Shown piece by piece: positions 9,110-18,842 of a stretch of DNA of 64,000 bases. The notes under the pieces were generated by a model. That model made no database searches. It was not told the origin of the DNA and saw nothing but the letters and a program-made list of their open reading frames with translations. Within the stretch, counting starts at the first letter, position 1; each line of letters begins with the position of its first letter. The position numbers and the translations under genes were made by a program. The DNA is taken from the sequence record NC_041994.1, one strand, 5' to 3'.

Positions 9110-10383
9110 GCACCCCATTCGTAAAAGTGGACACCACCACTATCACCACCGTTAAATGCAAGTGCCCACTGTGCGGTAAGCACGAGTGGACAGTCAGCCA
9201 CCTGTTCGAGTCGGCTGCCAAGCAAAAGGAGGGCTTCTACCCGGTTTATTGGAGCTGTGACAAGTGTCGCGCCAAGTTCGACATTCGTGTGTACGCGGAC
9301 CAGCACATCGAGATGTCGCAGACAGGCGTGGAAGAGAATCCTTTCCTCCCTACTGTTGTACTGCTGCGTTCCAACACTGGTGACAACCAAGAGCGTCCTA
9401 TCTACGCTGTAGTGCGTGGCGGGACCCACAAGGATGCGCTGGACAAGGAGAAAGCTGAACGGTTCTCCAGTCACCTCGACTACCACTACAACGAAGGGAC
9501 TTGCCCGACGAACTGGTGGCGTGACACCATCTGCTTGATTCAGGAGCAGGACGAAGATCCACACGGGTGCTTCGAGTTCGTGGGTGTGCTTGACGAAGCT
9601 GAACTGCTGGCTAAGCTGAAGGCGATGCCTGATGCCGATCAGCGTCACGCCGATGATCCTAAGGAATACATCGGTGACAACGTACGGTTGATCTTCCCTC
9701 TGTTGTTCGAGGACGGTGAAACCTTCGATGCTGAATCGGTGATGCGCGACATCCTTGCCGCCCCAGTACCCACCAACGTACAGAAGGTGATTGCTCAGGG
9801 CAGTATGGATCAACAGCAACCTGCTGATGGCGATGTGGTGGTGGACTTCGGTGATACCACCAAGCAAATGAACAACGCTCGGGCTTGGCGTGAGCTGTTC
9901 CTTCGTCTTGAACGTCGTGAGTTGGTTGAACAGTTCAAGATCCACTGTGCACTGACGCAGGACATGGCTGAAGCGCTGGTACAAAGCAAAGTGGCCGAAG
10001 CACACCCAGCACAGTTCGATGCGGTTGAGTGGTTCATGAATCACCACAACATCCCTGGCTTTGACGCTGTTGATCCACTACGGGTGCCGAAACAGTCACT
10101 TGCTTCGGCGATTGGTGAGGCTGAAGTGAAACTCGGTCGGGGTCTTATCGATATCTACGGGAGTTCTTCCGGCTTTCTCTTGATGCCTTCAGTAGACACC
10201 ATTGAAGATGAGATCCCTCCGATGTCTCAAGCGTTCCACGACAAGGTGGCCGCTGAAGGGGGTGTGATTACCGCTAACGGCATCGTTCCGAAGGAATCGC
10301 TGGCTCAGGCTACAGGCGAAGCTGAAGTACGGCAAAGCACCGCTATCACCATCGAGCCATTTAACCACGCCGACCAGGAGTAA
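9106..10383 (+). CDS. Hypothetical protein with N-terminal zinc ribbon
   Basis: CPLCG...CDKC pair; ATGA overlap with the upstream gene; 425 aa. Confidence 0.75.
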   Translation: MSTPFVKVDTTTITTVKCKCPLCGKHEWTVSHLFESAAKQKEGFYPVYWSCDKCRAKFDIRVYADQHIEMSQTGVEENPFLPTVVLLRSNTGDNQERPIYAVVRGGTHKDALDKEKAERFSSHLDYHYNEGTCPTNWWRDTICLIQEQDEDPHGCFEFVGVLDEAELLAKLKAMPDADQRHADDPKEYIGDNVRLIFPLLFEDGETFDAESVMRDILAAPVPTNVQKVIAQGSMDQQQPADGDVVVDFGDTTKQMNNARAWRELFLRLERRELVEQFKIHCALTQDMAEALVQSKVAEAHPAQFDAVEWFMNHHNIPGFDAVDPLRVPKQSLASAIGEAEVKLGRGLIDIYGSSSGFLLMPSVDTIEDEIPPMSQAFHDKVAAEGGVITANGIVPKESLAQATGEAEVRQSTAITIEPFNHADQE

Positions 10384-10391
10384 GTAACATC

Positions 10392-10673
10392 GTGACCAAG
10401 CATAACGCTGAAGGTTATGTCTGGACAGCAGAGCAGCGTGCCAACCTGAGACAAGCCTCCCTGCAAAGGGAGGCAACTATCCGTCAAAAGGTGTCCGTGA
10501 ATGGAGTGGTCTATGCCAACTACACTCGCGCAGCTGCCGCTACCGGTATTAGTGCAAAGAGCATCAAGCGCTATGCACTAGAAGGGGTACCGAAACAAGC
10601 TTCACGCAACAAGCTGTTAACACCTAAGCAATTGGCTTTAGCCAAGACCATCCGACTTGTAGATTCACTCTGA
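10392..10673 (+). CDS. Stand-alone NUMOD3/NUMOD1-like DNA-binding protein
   Basis: WTAEQRANLRQA followed by KVSVNGVVYANYTRAAAATGISAKSIKRY, like homing-endonuclease DNA-binding modules; no nuclease motif. Confidence 0.55.
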   Translation: MTKHNAEGYVWTAEQRANLRQASLQREATIRQKVSVNGVVYANYTRAAAATGISAKSIKRYALEGVPKQASRNKLLTPKQLALAKTIRLVDSL

Positions 10674-10698
10674 CTTTCTTACTGATAAGGACTTTCAC

Positions 10699-11148
10699 AT
10701 GAACCCACTAAACACGGCAGCGATTAACCATTTGGCTGATGCTTATGCCTGGGGTGTTATTAATGAAGAGATGCAGCACCTCAGTGTAGAGAAGGCACTC
10801 ATCCATCTGTTGTTTACGGATCTGATGATCTTCGGTGGGATTCATGAGGCTAAGGGATTCGGTGTCCACACGTCCATGCGCTGCTACAGCGTTAGCAACA
10901 TGACGTACGACCCAGATCCAAAACGCTACACTTGTCTGACACTCACCATCAAACGTGACGATGGCGAGGAGACCCTCACCATTATCTACGGAAGTTTGAT
11001 AGAAGGTATCCATGAGTGGTGGTATGGCGTAGAGCGACCTGATGACCAGCATGTGCAGATGGACGCGCACTGGCACAAGTTCTTCTACGACGTTGTCCAC
11101 TGGTATGAAGCCGCAAAGAAGATTAATCTCCTGACCGGTCGCTGGTGA
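10699..11148 (+). CDS. Hypothetical protein
   Basis: SD AAGGA; 149 aa. Confidence 0.7.
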   Translation: MNPLNTAAINHLADAYAWGVINEEMQHLSVEKALIHLLFTDLMIFGGIHEAKGFGVHTSMRCYSVSNMTYDPDPKRYTCLTLTIKRDDGEETLTIIYGSLIEGIHEWWYGVERPDDQHVQMDAHWHKFFYDVVHWYEAAKKINLLTGRW

Positions 11149-11153
11149 TCTAG

Positions 11154-11200
11154 ACGGACATAAGCCCCTCCCTCGCGGGAGGGGTCTATGCCGTTTTTCT
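11154..11200. terminator. Bidirectional hairpin terminator
   Basis: acggacata-ag-cccctccc-tcgc-gggagggg-tc-tatgccgt-tttt between convergent genes. Confidence 0.85.
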
Positions 11201-11202
11201 TT

Positions 11203-12846
11203 TTAGCTGCGCAGGACAGCCAATGCGGTAGTGGCGAGGTGCAGGTCGGCGTCGTAGGTACGACGAATCCAACGGATGTACAACAGCTCGCCGTTCTTCA
11301 GGTCGTTGTTCACGATCTGATCTACGTTCCAATCCCCGACAGGGATCTCGTAGGCGTTGTTGAGGAATTGGAGGATGAAGTGCGTTGGCTGTGGCGCTTC
11401 TTCTTCGAGTTCGATGTTGAACAGTGGCGCAGCCGAGTGGTACATCTGCTTGAGCCAGTTGTTCATGGTGGTGTTGCCCATGCCGAGGTTCAGACGCCAG
11501 TTGTTGACGCTGAGGTAACGGCAGTTGGCAACCAGACCACGACCGTAGCCATTCGGTTGGTTCGGCGTGAACAGGATTTCCCAGTTCGCCGCTTGGTTAT
11601 CGCCGCTGTTGAGCAGAGCGATACGGAAGGTCTGTACGTGACGGTACTGCGCGAAGCGACCATCGACCTTGTTGATGTCGACTGCCCACGTGCATTCCTG
11701 AACGACACCGTAAGCCTTCGGATCGAAAGCGTTCGAGGCCGAACCGAGTTCCACGTATGGAGTGACGTTGTAGTACGTCTGACGATCCAGGTTGTACATC
11801 CAGAATTCCATCCGGTAACCCAGAGCCGCACTGACCCACACAGGGTAGGCAAACAGCTTGATCTCGTAGGCACCATCCGCCGCTACAGTACGGGCGATGT
11901 AATCCACCGACAGGGTGCGGTTGATCGACGGTACCATGTTGAAACTGACTTCGTCGTCAGCCAAGATGTAGTTCAGCACCATCGGGAATTGCTGGCCGAC
12001 TTCGGTGGCGATATAGTTGCGCAGACCAAACAGGTTGAACTGCGTACCATTGATCGTACGGCGGTCTTGTGTACCGTCGCTGTAGGACACAATCGCGGTC
12101 AGTGGCAAAGACTCTACCGTGACGTTGAGCGGGAACTCCACCACCTGTGGATCGGCTGCCGAGATGAACGGCGAGTCGAGGTGAATACCCTGTACGTACT
12201 TCTTGCTGGCATCAGCACGACGTACTGCTTTCGAGTTAACGATCAGCAGCTGTGCCTTACTGACAGGCGTACCCTGCTCACCGTAGAACACAACGGTCAC
12301 CAGCTCACCGTTTTCGAGTTCATGGTTGGTGTAACCCGGGGCAGGCGCTTTGGCAGGTTTGGACGTCGCCGGATCGTAGCTCTCTTCGATCGGCACTTCC
12401 ACCCCAAGCCACGTACCGGACGGGTCGTACATTTGCGAGATCACAGTACCTGTGGTCTCACTGATGTCTTCACCGAGGAACGCAACCCAGTACTGCATCT
12501 CACGGTGGTAGCTGTGCAGGCGATAGTCAGGCGTCAACGTGTGTGGAGTCACGCTGGTGTCCAGGAAGATACGGAAGGATTCCGAGCTGTAGCCCGGACC
12601 TACCGCTACCAGTTTGGCCGCAGCATCCCCGTCAGTATCAACAGGGAGCTTCCATGGATGCAGAACCGAGTAGCCAGTAGATGGGTCAACGTCGACCACG
12701 ATCTGCCAGCCATTCACTTCATCGACCACACGGTCCTTTTTGTTGGGAACCCATTTGCCGGTGCTTCCTACAGCCACGATTTCATCGCGGTGCCAGATGC
12801 GGAAGCCCCGCTCGGGGTCGCGATATTTGGAGTCATCAAAAGCCAT
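11203..12846 (-). CDS. Virion structural protein (phiKZ gp26-like)
   Basis: 547 aa, beta-rich; synteny with sheath and tube genes. Confidence 0.7.
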   Translation of the reverse strand: MAFDDSKYRDPERGFRIWHRDEIVAVGSTGKWVPNKKDRVVDEVNGWQIVVDVDPSTGYSVLHPWKLPVDTDGDAAAKLVAVGPGYSSESFRIFLDTSVTPHTLTPDYRLHSYHREMQYWVAFLGEDISETTGTVISQMYDPSGTWLGVEVPIEESYDPATSKPAKAPAPGYTNHELENGELVTVVFYGEQGTPVSKAQLLIVNSKAVRRADASKKYVQGIHLDSPFISAADPQVVEFPLNVTVESLPLTAIVSYSDGTQDRRTINGTQFNLFGLRNYIATEVGQQFPMVLNYILADDEVSFNMVPSINRTLSVDYIARTVAADGAYEIKLFAYPVWVSAALGYRMEFWMYNLDRQTYYNVTPYVELGSASNAFDPKAYGVVQECTWAVDINKVDGRFAQYRHVQTFRIALLNSGDNQAANWEILFTPNQPNGYGRGLVANCRYLSVNNWRLNLGMGNTTMNNWLKQMYHSAAPLFNIELEEEAPQPTHFILQFLNNAYEIPVGDWNVDQIVNNDLKNGELLYIRWIRRTYDADLHLATTALAVLRS

Positions 12847-12849
12847 GGT

Positions 12850-15537
12850 TTAGATCCCATTGTCAACGAAGACAAACGCCGAGATATCCGGCGGTGTACG
12901 CAGGTACGTCTTCAGTGCTCGTTTCAGGAAGTTGTAACGTTCGATTGGGAGACCCACCGGCGCGCCGATCCAATGAGGATAGACCTGCACATGAGTTTCG
13001 TTGTAGGAGGTGTTAGCCAGGTCGTAGTCGAGCAACCACTCGTAGCTCTTGAGCCACTTACGGATGTCGTCATCGTTGTAGCGATCCAGCAAACCTGCCG
13101 GAGCCAACAGACCCGAAACCAAGTCATGTACCAGCTTGTTAGCAAAGCACGAGACCACAGCGTACTGGTGAGTGATCGTGTCGATCGGACCACGTGGACG
13201 TTTTGGATACAGGTTGCCCATGTACGTCGCGACCGCAGTGTCACGCGCATTGTCTTCATCACGGGCCACGCGATCGTATTCGTAAACATCACGGAACACC
13301 ATCGGCGGAGTCTGAATGCAATACGGCGCACCGTTGCGTTCGTCAGTCACCACAGCCGTGCCCCAGTCTTCTTCGAAATGAAGGGACTTAGGATCACGGT
13401 AGTGGCCGTCGATCACCATCCGCTGCACTTTGTGCGTATGGATGTTGTAGGTCGTGTCGTTAGAGAGCAAGCCGTACTCAATGAAGCCGAACTCAGTTTG
13501 CACAGGACGGGACAAGTCACCTTCACACATCCCATGGCCACGTACCAAGAACAGCTGAGCTGCCCCGGGGTCGAGGTACTCGATGTTGTGCACCACAACT
13601 TCTGGCCACTTCACGGTGTAGTCCAGACCTTCAATCAAGGCCCGACCGTTCATGAACAGATCCAGTTGAGCGAAAGGCACTTCCAACAGTTTATAGTCGG
13701 TGAGTCCTTGATGGGTCTCATAGCTCGCTACGCTGAAGCGCAGTGTCCCCATTGCTTTACTGATGGTCAGTGGATAGCAGAGGAACGCATTGTCCTGCCG
13801 CACGCAGCCGTACCACTTGGTTTGATCGTAAGTCCATACCCAGCGTGGAGTAGCACCCGAGGTATCGAGGTAACCCCAGTCCGCCCGGTTAGGCAGATCC
13901 GTGATATCCCGCCACCCGCCACGTTGAACCCCAGCGTAGATCTCAACCACGTAGACACGGAAGTTGTATTGCAGATCCAATGGAACCGGTGCCCGATCGT
14001 AAACGGTGTTCAGCGAGTTACCGCCTTTACCGACGATGGCTTCCACACGCACTGTAGCTGCGTTACGGACGGGGTAGCGTCGCCCGGCAGCATGTGGGTG
14101 CCATTCGAGCAACACACCGGCAGCGTCGAACTCAAACACTGTGGCGTTGTACCAGTAAGCGTAGTTGAGCAGTGCCTCACGACGACCATTGACGTTCTTC
14201 ACGTCAGTTGGTGTGGCTGCCAGCAAACTGGCCGCAGCATGGTAACCGAAGACTTGACCAGCAAACTCCTGTGCTGCTTCTTTAGCTTCACTGGTTACGT
14301 CCGGATCATTGAAGCCGATCGGCACAACCATAGAAGTCGGTGCACCCATGAACTTTGGATACGCAGCCTTCTCAAGGTTGGCGGCTTTCCAAATGTCCAG
14401 TGTGGAGTCAACCCCAGTCATGGCGCGCACGACCCGAGTGTCAGACATCCGGTAGAGCTCATGGATGCGCGAGGCTTCAGGTTGCAGTGGACGGTCATAA
14501 CCAGACTGACGGAAATACACCCGCAGCTTGAGTTCAGACAGACTGTTCCATTTGTCTTCGGTAAACTTCACCGAGTCCAGGATGAAGCGTGGGTCCGTAG
14601 GGTGCGCATCTTTGAACGCATTCAAACGTTCGATCGGGACACTGTAGTCTTTGTGGGTCAGCTGACGAATCCAGTTGCCTTCGTTGCGGTGATACGTCGC
14701 ACCGAGGAACCGACCATTGCCACCGCCTTCCTTAATAATGAACACGTCCAAGTCGTCATAGAAACGAATCGACTTTTCAGTCGGGTCGTTATAATGCAGC
14801 ATGAACTTGTTCTCATTATCCAGCGTGGACTGGAACGTCGGCAGCGCCGAGATAGGGAAGTCGATGTAGCGGTCGATGGAGGAGTCAATGACCATCTCCA
14901 TGGCATCACCCGGCGTACAGTTCATCAAGGACAGGGTGTTGCTGAACCGTCCGTTAACGAAGTAGTACGGGACACGCCCGGGTCGGGCTGTCAATTCGGT
15001 GGCCATGCCGATCTGTAGGTTCACCAGCTCTTGACTGGTCTTAGGTGTACCACCCATGACGAACACGGTCTTGCGAGCCGCTTGCGTCGAACGTACCGAA
15101 TCGAAATAGGAGTTGTTGTAGAAACGCATGTACACGTCTTGCTTGTCCAGCGACCCTACCCGCTCATTCATCTTGACGGCGATGATCAGGTTCTTACCAC
15201 CGGTCAACAGAACGTAGACTTCGTGACGTGGGAATTGAATGCCGTTGTTCAGATACAGTTCTGAGTACAGTGCGGTTTCGTTAGCGATCTCCGCCAGACT
15301 CATCCACTTGGCATAGCGCTTGGGCAGACCCAAGAGCTTCGGCTCGACTTTGCCGATTTGGTAGATCATGTAGTAATCGCGCTCAGTCGGCATCTGGTAC
15401 CGCATGTAGTCGACCGTGTAGGACGTATGCACCCCGAACCGAGGTGATACCGGCACGAGTTTGTACACGTGCTGCCGATCCATCGATGGGTTACACCAGA
15501 CCGTACTGATCGCATGGCGCAGAAGGTACTCGTTCAT
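12850..15537 (-). CDS. Virion structural protein (phiKZ gp27-like)
   Basis: 895 aa; size and position match phiKZ-like gene order. Confidence 0.7.
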   Translation of the reverse strand: MNEYLLRHAISTVWCNPSMDRQHVYKLVPVSPRFGVHTSYTVDYMRYQMPTERDYYMIYQIGKVEPKLLGLPKRYAKWMSLAEIANETALYSELYLNNGIQFPRHEVYVLLTGGKNLIIAVKMNERVGSLDKQDVYMRFYNNSYFDSVRSTQAARKTVFVMGGTPKTSQELVNLQIGMATELTARPGRVPYYFVNGRFSNTLSLMNCTPGDAMEMVIDSSIDRYIDFPISALPTFQSTLDNENKFMLHYNDPTEKSIRFYDDLDVFIIKEGGGNGRFLGATYHRNEGNWIRQLTHKDYSVPIERLNAFKDAHPTDPRFILDSVKFTEDKWNSLSELKLRVYFRQSGYDRPLQPEASRIHELYRMSDTRVVRAMTGVDSTLDIWKAANLEKAAYPKFMGAPTSMVVPIGFNDPDVTSEAKEAAQEFAGQVFGYHAAASLLAATPTDVKNVNGRREALLNYAYWYNATVFEFDAAGVLLEWHPHAAGRRYPVRNAATVRVEAIVGKGGNSLNTVYDRAPVPLDLQYNFRVYVVEIYAGVQRGGWRDITDLPNRADWGYLDTSGATPRWVWTYDQTKWYGCVRQDNAFLCYPLTISKAMGTLRFSVASYETHQGLTDYKLLEVPFAQLDLFMNGRALIEGLDYTVKWPEVVVHNIEYLDPGAAQLFLVRGHGMCEGDLSRPVQTEFGFIEYGLLSNDTTYNIHTHKVQRMVIDGHYRDPKSLHFEEDWGTAVVTDERNGAPYCIQTPPMVFRDVYEYDRVARDEDNARDTAVATYMGNLYPKRPRGPIDTITHQYAVVSCFANKLVHDLVSGLLAPAGLLDRYNDDDIRKWLKSYEWLLDYDLANTSYNETHVQVYPHWIGAPVGLPIERYNFLKRALKTYLRTPPDISAFVFVDNGI

Positions 15538-15584
15538 TTAGGCCTACCTGTGAACAGAGGTGACAAATTTTACTGGCATGCTTA

Positions 15585-15605
15585 GTTAAAGCTCATAACA
15601 TCGAG
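15585..15605 (-). promoter_or_regulatory. Putative late promoter (TATG core)
   Basis: Minus strand ctcgatgtTATGagctttaac; near-identical copy at 16676-16696. Confidence 0.55.
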
Positions 15606-15619
15606 CGTTTCCTAACCAA

Positions 15620-15655
15620 GACATAAGGCCCTCCCTAAGCGGGAGGGCTATATGC
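15620..15655 (-). terminator. Hairpin terminator
   Basis: gacata-ag-gccctccc-taagc-gggagggc-ta-tatgc downstream of the 15671 gene. Confidence 0.7.
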
Positions 15656-15670
15656 TGCATTTCAGTAGAA

Positions 15671-16591
15671 TTATTTGAATACACCAGCGACTTGGCGATA
15701 GACCGCATCCACGAAATCTTTCTGTTCCTTCTGGGTACCGGAGCTCAATGCTCGGGTGGCCAGTGTGTAGCGCTTATAGGAACGATCCTGAATGCAGGTG
15801 TAGACCATCGCAATGAACGTCGGCAAGTGTTCAACCGCTACACCCACGTGTTCACGAGCGTAGATGCCGAAGAAACTACCCTGAATCAATGCCAGGATGT
15901 CGGCACCTTTGATATCACCCAGACGGATGGTACCAATGTCGTTGGTGATAGTTTTGGCCAGATCATCAAACGTCTTGAGACTCTTGATTCCATCGGAGAT
16001 CTCAAGAATCGAACGATGGCTCACTTTAGTCAGCCGGTACACCACGTTCACCAACTCAGCACGAGCGTCTTTGTCGGTTGCAATGTCTGGATCGATCATG
16101 CCGTAGTAATAGAAAGCACAAACCACCATGACCTTCAGTTCAGTCGCTTCATCGAGACTGTACTTAGGGACAACCGCTCGGGTAATCCACTTGATGAAAG
16201 TCAATGCCGGGATGTCACCAAAGCGACGAATCTCACCAGGACCGTCCTTCAAGCAACGGGCGGTCAGAGCCAGACGGACGCACTGGAACATCCAGTCGTT
16301 CGAAGCAGTAAGACGGTATGTGTCTGTACGGCGATCCCACTTCGTAAATTGGCGACCGTCGATGACCAACTTGGGTTCCTGATCAGTTCCCATATTCACA
16401 AATTGGGTGAACTGCTTGACATCCTCATACGCATCGTTCGGTGTGATGAGGCAGATGTTTTTGAGGACATTGCCCGCCGGCGTTTCCACCTCAGGGAGAG
16501 GTGCTTCGATTTGGGCGCGTTTGATCTCTGTGACGATTTTGTCCACCTGGTACATGCGCCCTTGGGTGGTGTCGTATGGCATGAGTAGCAT
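15671..16591 (-). CDS. Virion structural protein (phiKZ gp28-like)
   Basis: 306 aa; GGAG 7 nt before ATG; divergent from the sheath gene. Confidence 0.65.
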   Translation of the reverse strand: MLLMPYDTTQGRMYQVDKIVTEIKRAQIEAPLPEVETPAGNVLKNICLITPNDAYEDVKQFTQFVNMGTDQEPKLVIDGRQFTKWDRRTDTYRLTASNDWMFQCVRLALTARCLKDGPGEIRRFGDIPALTFIKWITRAVVPKYSLDEATELKVMVVCAFYYYGMIDPDIATDKDARAELVNVVYRLTKVSHRSILEISDGIKSLKTFDDLAKTITNDIGTIRLGDIKGADILALIQGSFFGIYAREHVGVAVEHLPTFIAMVYTCIQDRSYKRYTLATRALSSGTQKEQKDFVDAVYRQVAGVFK

Positions 16592-16675
16592 GCGGCGACT
16601 CCATTGTGTGTCGATTAAAAATACATTTGTCGCTTAATAGCGCAAATGCTGTTTAATATTTATGGATTGAATTGG

Positions 16676-16696
16676 GTTAATGCTCATAACATCGAG
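16676..16696 (-). promoter_or_regulatory. Putative late promoter (TATG core)
   Basis: Minus strand ctcgatgtTATGagcattaac. Confidence 0.55.
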
Positions 16697-16733
16697 TCAC
16701 CAGTGCACCAAGTCCTCCTAGGAGATAGTAAAG

Positions 16734-18806
16734 ATGTCGAACGTCAACTCGACGCCCCGTATCGTTTACGGTGGCTTCAACGACAAGTCCCGCGGGACTG
16801 CGACTCGGGCACCGGTTACCTACCCGCAGCATGCTCCATTGCTGCGTCTGTGGGGCCAGACCGGTACCGATAAGACCGTTTATCTCGGCAACGAGAACAG
16901 CGACTTCAACAGCATGTTCGGCAGCGAAACCCTCGCTCGCCGTGGCAAGTTCTTCAACCTGCAATCGTTGCTGGCGGAAACCCTCTTGGGTGCTGGTAAC
17001 GGCTTCTTCGTTAAACGTCTGATCCCTGAAGACGCCAAGAAGTCGCGCATGATCATCGGCTTGGAACTGGTCCGTGACCTGATCCCTGCCGTACAAGAGC
17101 GTCTGTCCGGTTTCAACTACAACGGCCAGATCAACCCAGGTCAAACGGCACAACTGCCACCAATCGACGGCTATAAAGGCCGTGTCGTGCTGATGCCTGC
17201 CACTGGCGCCGTCGGCACCGCTGAACCAGTACCGGGTACCTTGCTGTCCGAGGTCGATGGTACCCAGTCCACCATCTACCCACTGTTCGAGCTGCCAGCG
17301 TCGTACTTCGGTGCCGCCGGTAACAACCTCGGCATCCGCATGTGGGCTCCGAACGAAAAGACCAACGAGGTCTGGGACGAGGAAACCGCCACTGCTTTCA
17401 AGACTCGCATGTTCCGCATGCAGTTCATGCAGAAGGTGGCCAACACCAACATCCCGGCGATCGTTTTGACCGCCATGGGCGAAGACTACGTCGACGTCTG
17501 CTTCACCGAAGGCGCTTACAGCGCGTCCACCGATAAAGAGTTCTACATCGGCGACGTTCTGATCAAGGCTTTCGAAGACGACGGTATCAAGTCCGGCCTG
17601 GCTCCATTGACCAGCCCGTTCTCCGAGATCCACGTCTACAGCGATCAGGTCAAAGCAGTTCAGGACATGATCTATGCTCGTGAGCTGGCCGTTAACCCGG
17701 CGATCGAACAGCACATCGAGCAGTCGAGCCAGATCGACTTCCTGACCGGCATGGGTATGGACGGCGACGTTTACCAGTCCCTGTACCTGCTGGGTGCACT
17801 GAACGGCGGCATCGTGCTGAACGATGGCACCACCGTTTACGCCACTGGTGGTGAAGACGGTACCATCAACCACGCCAAGTACGAAGAGCTGGTGACCGTG
17901 GAAAACACCGCGTTCGGTCAGCTGGGCGACCTCTACGAGAACGATGCTCTGTATCCGTTCTCGCACATCTACGACACTGGCTTGTCGATGGATGGCAAGA
18001 TCGCCATGATGAACGTGCTCGGCCAGCGCCGTGACCTGAAGTGCGTGTTCACCACCTACGTGGAAGCCGAGGGCCGTTACCCAACGTTGTCCGAAGAGCT
18101 GTCCCGTGGTCAAGTGATCATGACCCGTCTGAAGGCTTACCCGGAATCGACCCTCTACGGTACCGGCATCTGCCGCGCCGAAGTGGTGTACCAGACCGGC
18201 GAGCTGATGGATGGCGGTTACAGCAAGAAGGTTCCGCAAATCATCGACTACGCGTTCAAGCTGGCGAACTTCGCAGGCTCGGGCGACGGTATCCTGCGTG
18301 ATGGGGCTGACCCAGACCAGGACCCGAACAACGAAGTATCCCTGGTGAAGAACCTGAACGTGCCGTACTTCCCGGCCCGTGCTCAGTCCACTGCCTGGGA
18401 TTCGGGTGGCATCTACTCGCTGACCGCGGACACTCGCGTTCAGTACTACCCATGCGTGCGGTCGGTTTACCAGGACGAGACTTCGGTCCTCCTGTCGCCA
18501 ATCACCACCAGCATCGCGTGCGACATCGTGCGTCTGATCCGTCGGATTCACAAGAAGTTCGCAGGCAATGCGAAGATCTCCCCAGAGCAGCTGATCGAGC
18601 GCTCGAACAAGGAGATCACCAAACTGGTGGAGGGTCGCTACGCCGGCCGGGTGCGGATCATCCCAGAAACCTACCTCACACCGGATGACAAGAACAACGG
18701 CTTCACCTGGCACTGCAAGGTTAAGCTGTACGCGAACAACCCGCGTACCACGATGTTCTTCGAACTCGAAACCTACCGCATGGACGCTCTGGCCGCTGCT
18801 GCGTAA
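16734..18806 (+). CDS. Tail sheath protein (phiKZ gp29-like)
   Basis: 690 aa; N-terminal PRIVYGGFNDKS, C-terminal WHCKVKLYANNPRT typical of phiKZ-type sheath; strong codon bias. Confidence 0.85.
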   Translation: MSNVNSTPRIVYGGFNDKSRGTATRAPVTYPQHAPLLRLWGQTGTDKTVYLGNENSDFNSMFGSETLARRGKFFNLQSLLAETLLGAGNGFFVKRLIPEDAKKSRMIIGLELVRDLIPAVQERLSGFNYNGQINPGQTAQLPPIDGYKGRVVLMPATGAVGTAEPVPGTLLSEVDGTQSTIYPLFELPASYFGAAGNNLGIRMWAPNEKTNEVWDEETATAFKTRMFRMQFMQKVANTNIPAIVLTAMGEDYVDVCFTEGAYSASTDKEFYIGDVLIKAFEDDGIKSGLAPLTSPFSEIHVYSDQVKAVQDMIYARELAVNPAIEQHIEQSSQIDFLTGMGMDGDVYQSLYLLGALNGGIVLNDGTTVYATGGEDGTINHAKYEELVTVENTAFGQLGDLYENDALYPFSHIYDTGLSMDGKIAMMNVLGQRRDLKCVFTTYVEAEGRYPTLSEELSRGQVIMTRLKAYPESTLYGTGICRAEVVYQTGELMDGGYSKKVPQIIDYAFKLANFAGSGDGILRDGADPDQDPNNEVSLVKNLNVPYFPARAQSTAWDSGGIYSLTADTRVQYYPCVRSVYQDETSVLLSPITTSIACDIVRLIRRIHKKFAGNAKISPEQLIERSNKEITKLVEGRYAGRVRIIPETYLTPDDKNNGFTWHCKVKLYANNPRTTMFFELETYRMDALAAAA

Positions 18807-18842
18807 GCAGCGGTTCGTCCGTTCTTCACAAGGGTATAGAAA

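Noticed and set aside
11188-15018. 1276-aa + strand ORF, and similar long ORFs at 16677-19664, 26501-27589, 39881-41962, 43994-45313, 51679-52986 and 57257-58765
   Set aside because: They are antisense shadows of codon-biased real genes on the other strand. They show V/D/H/R-rich nonsense composition, no SD and no motifs.
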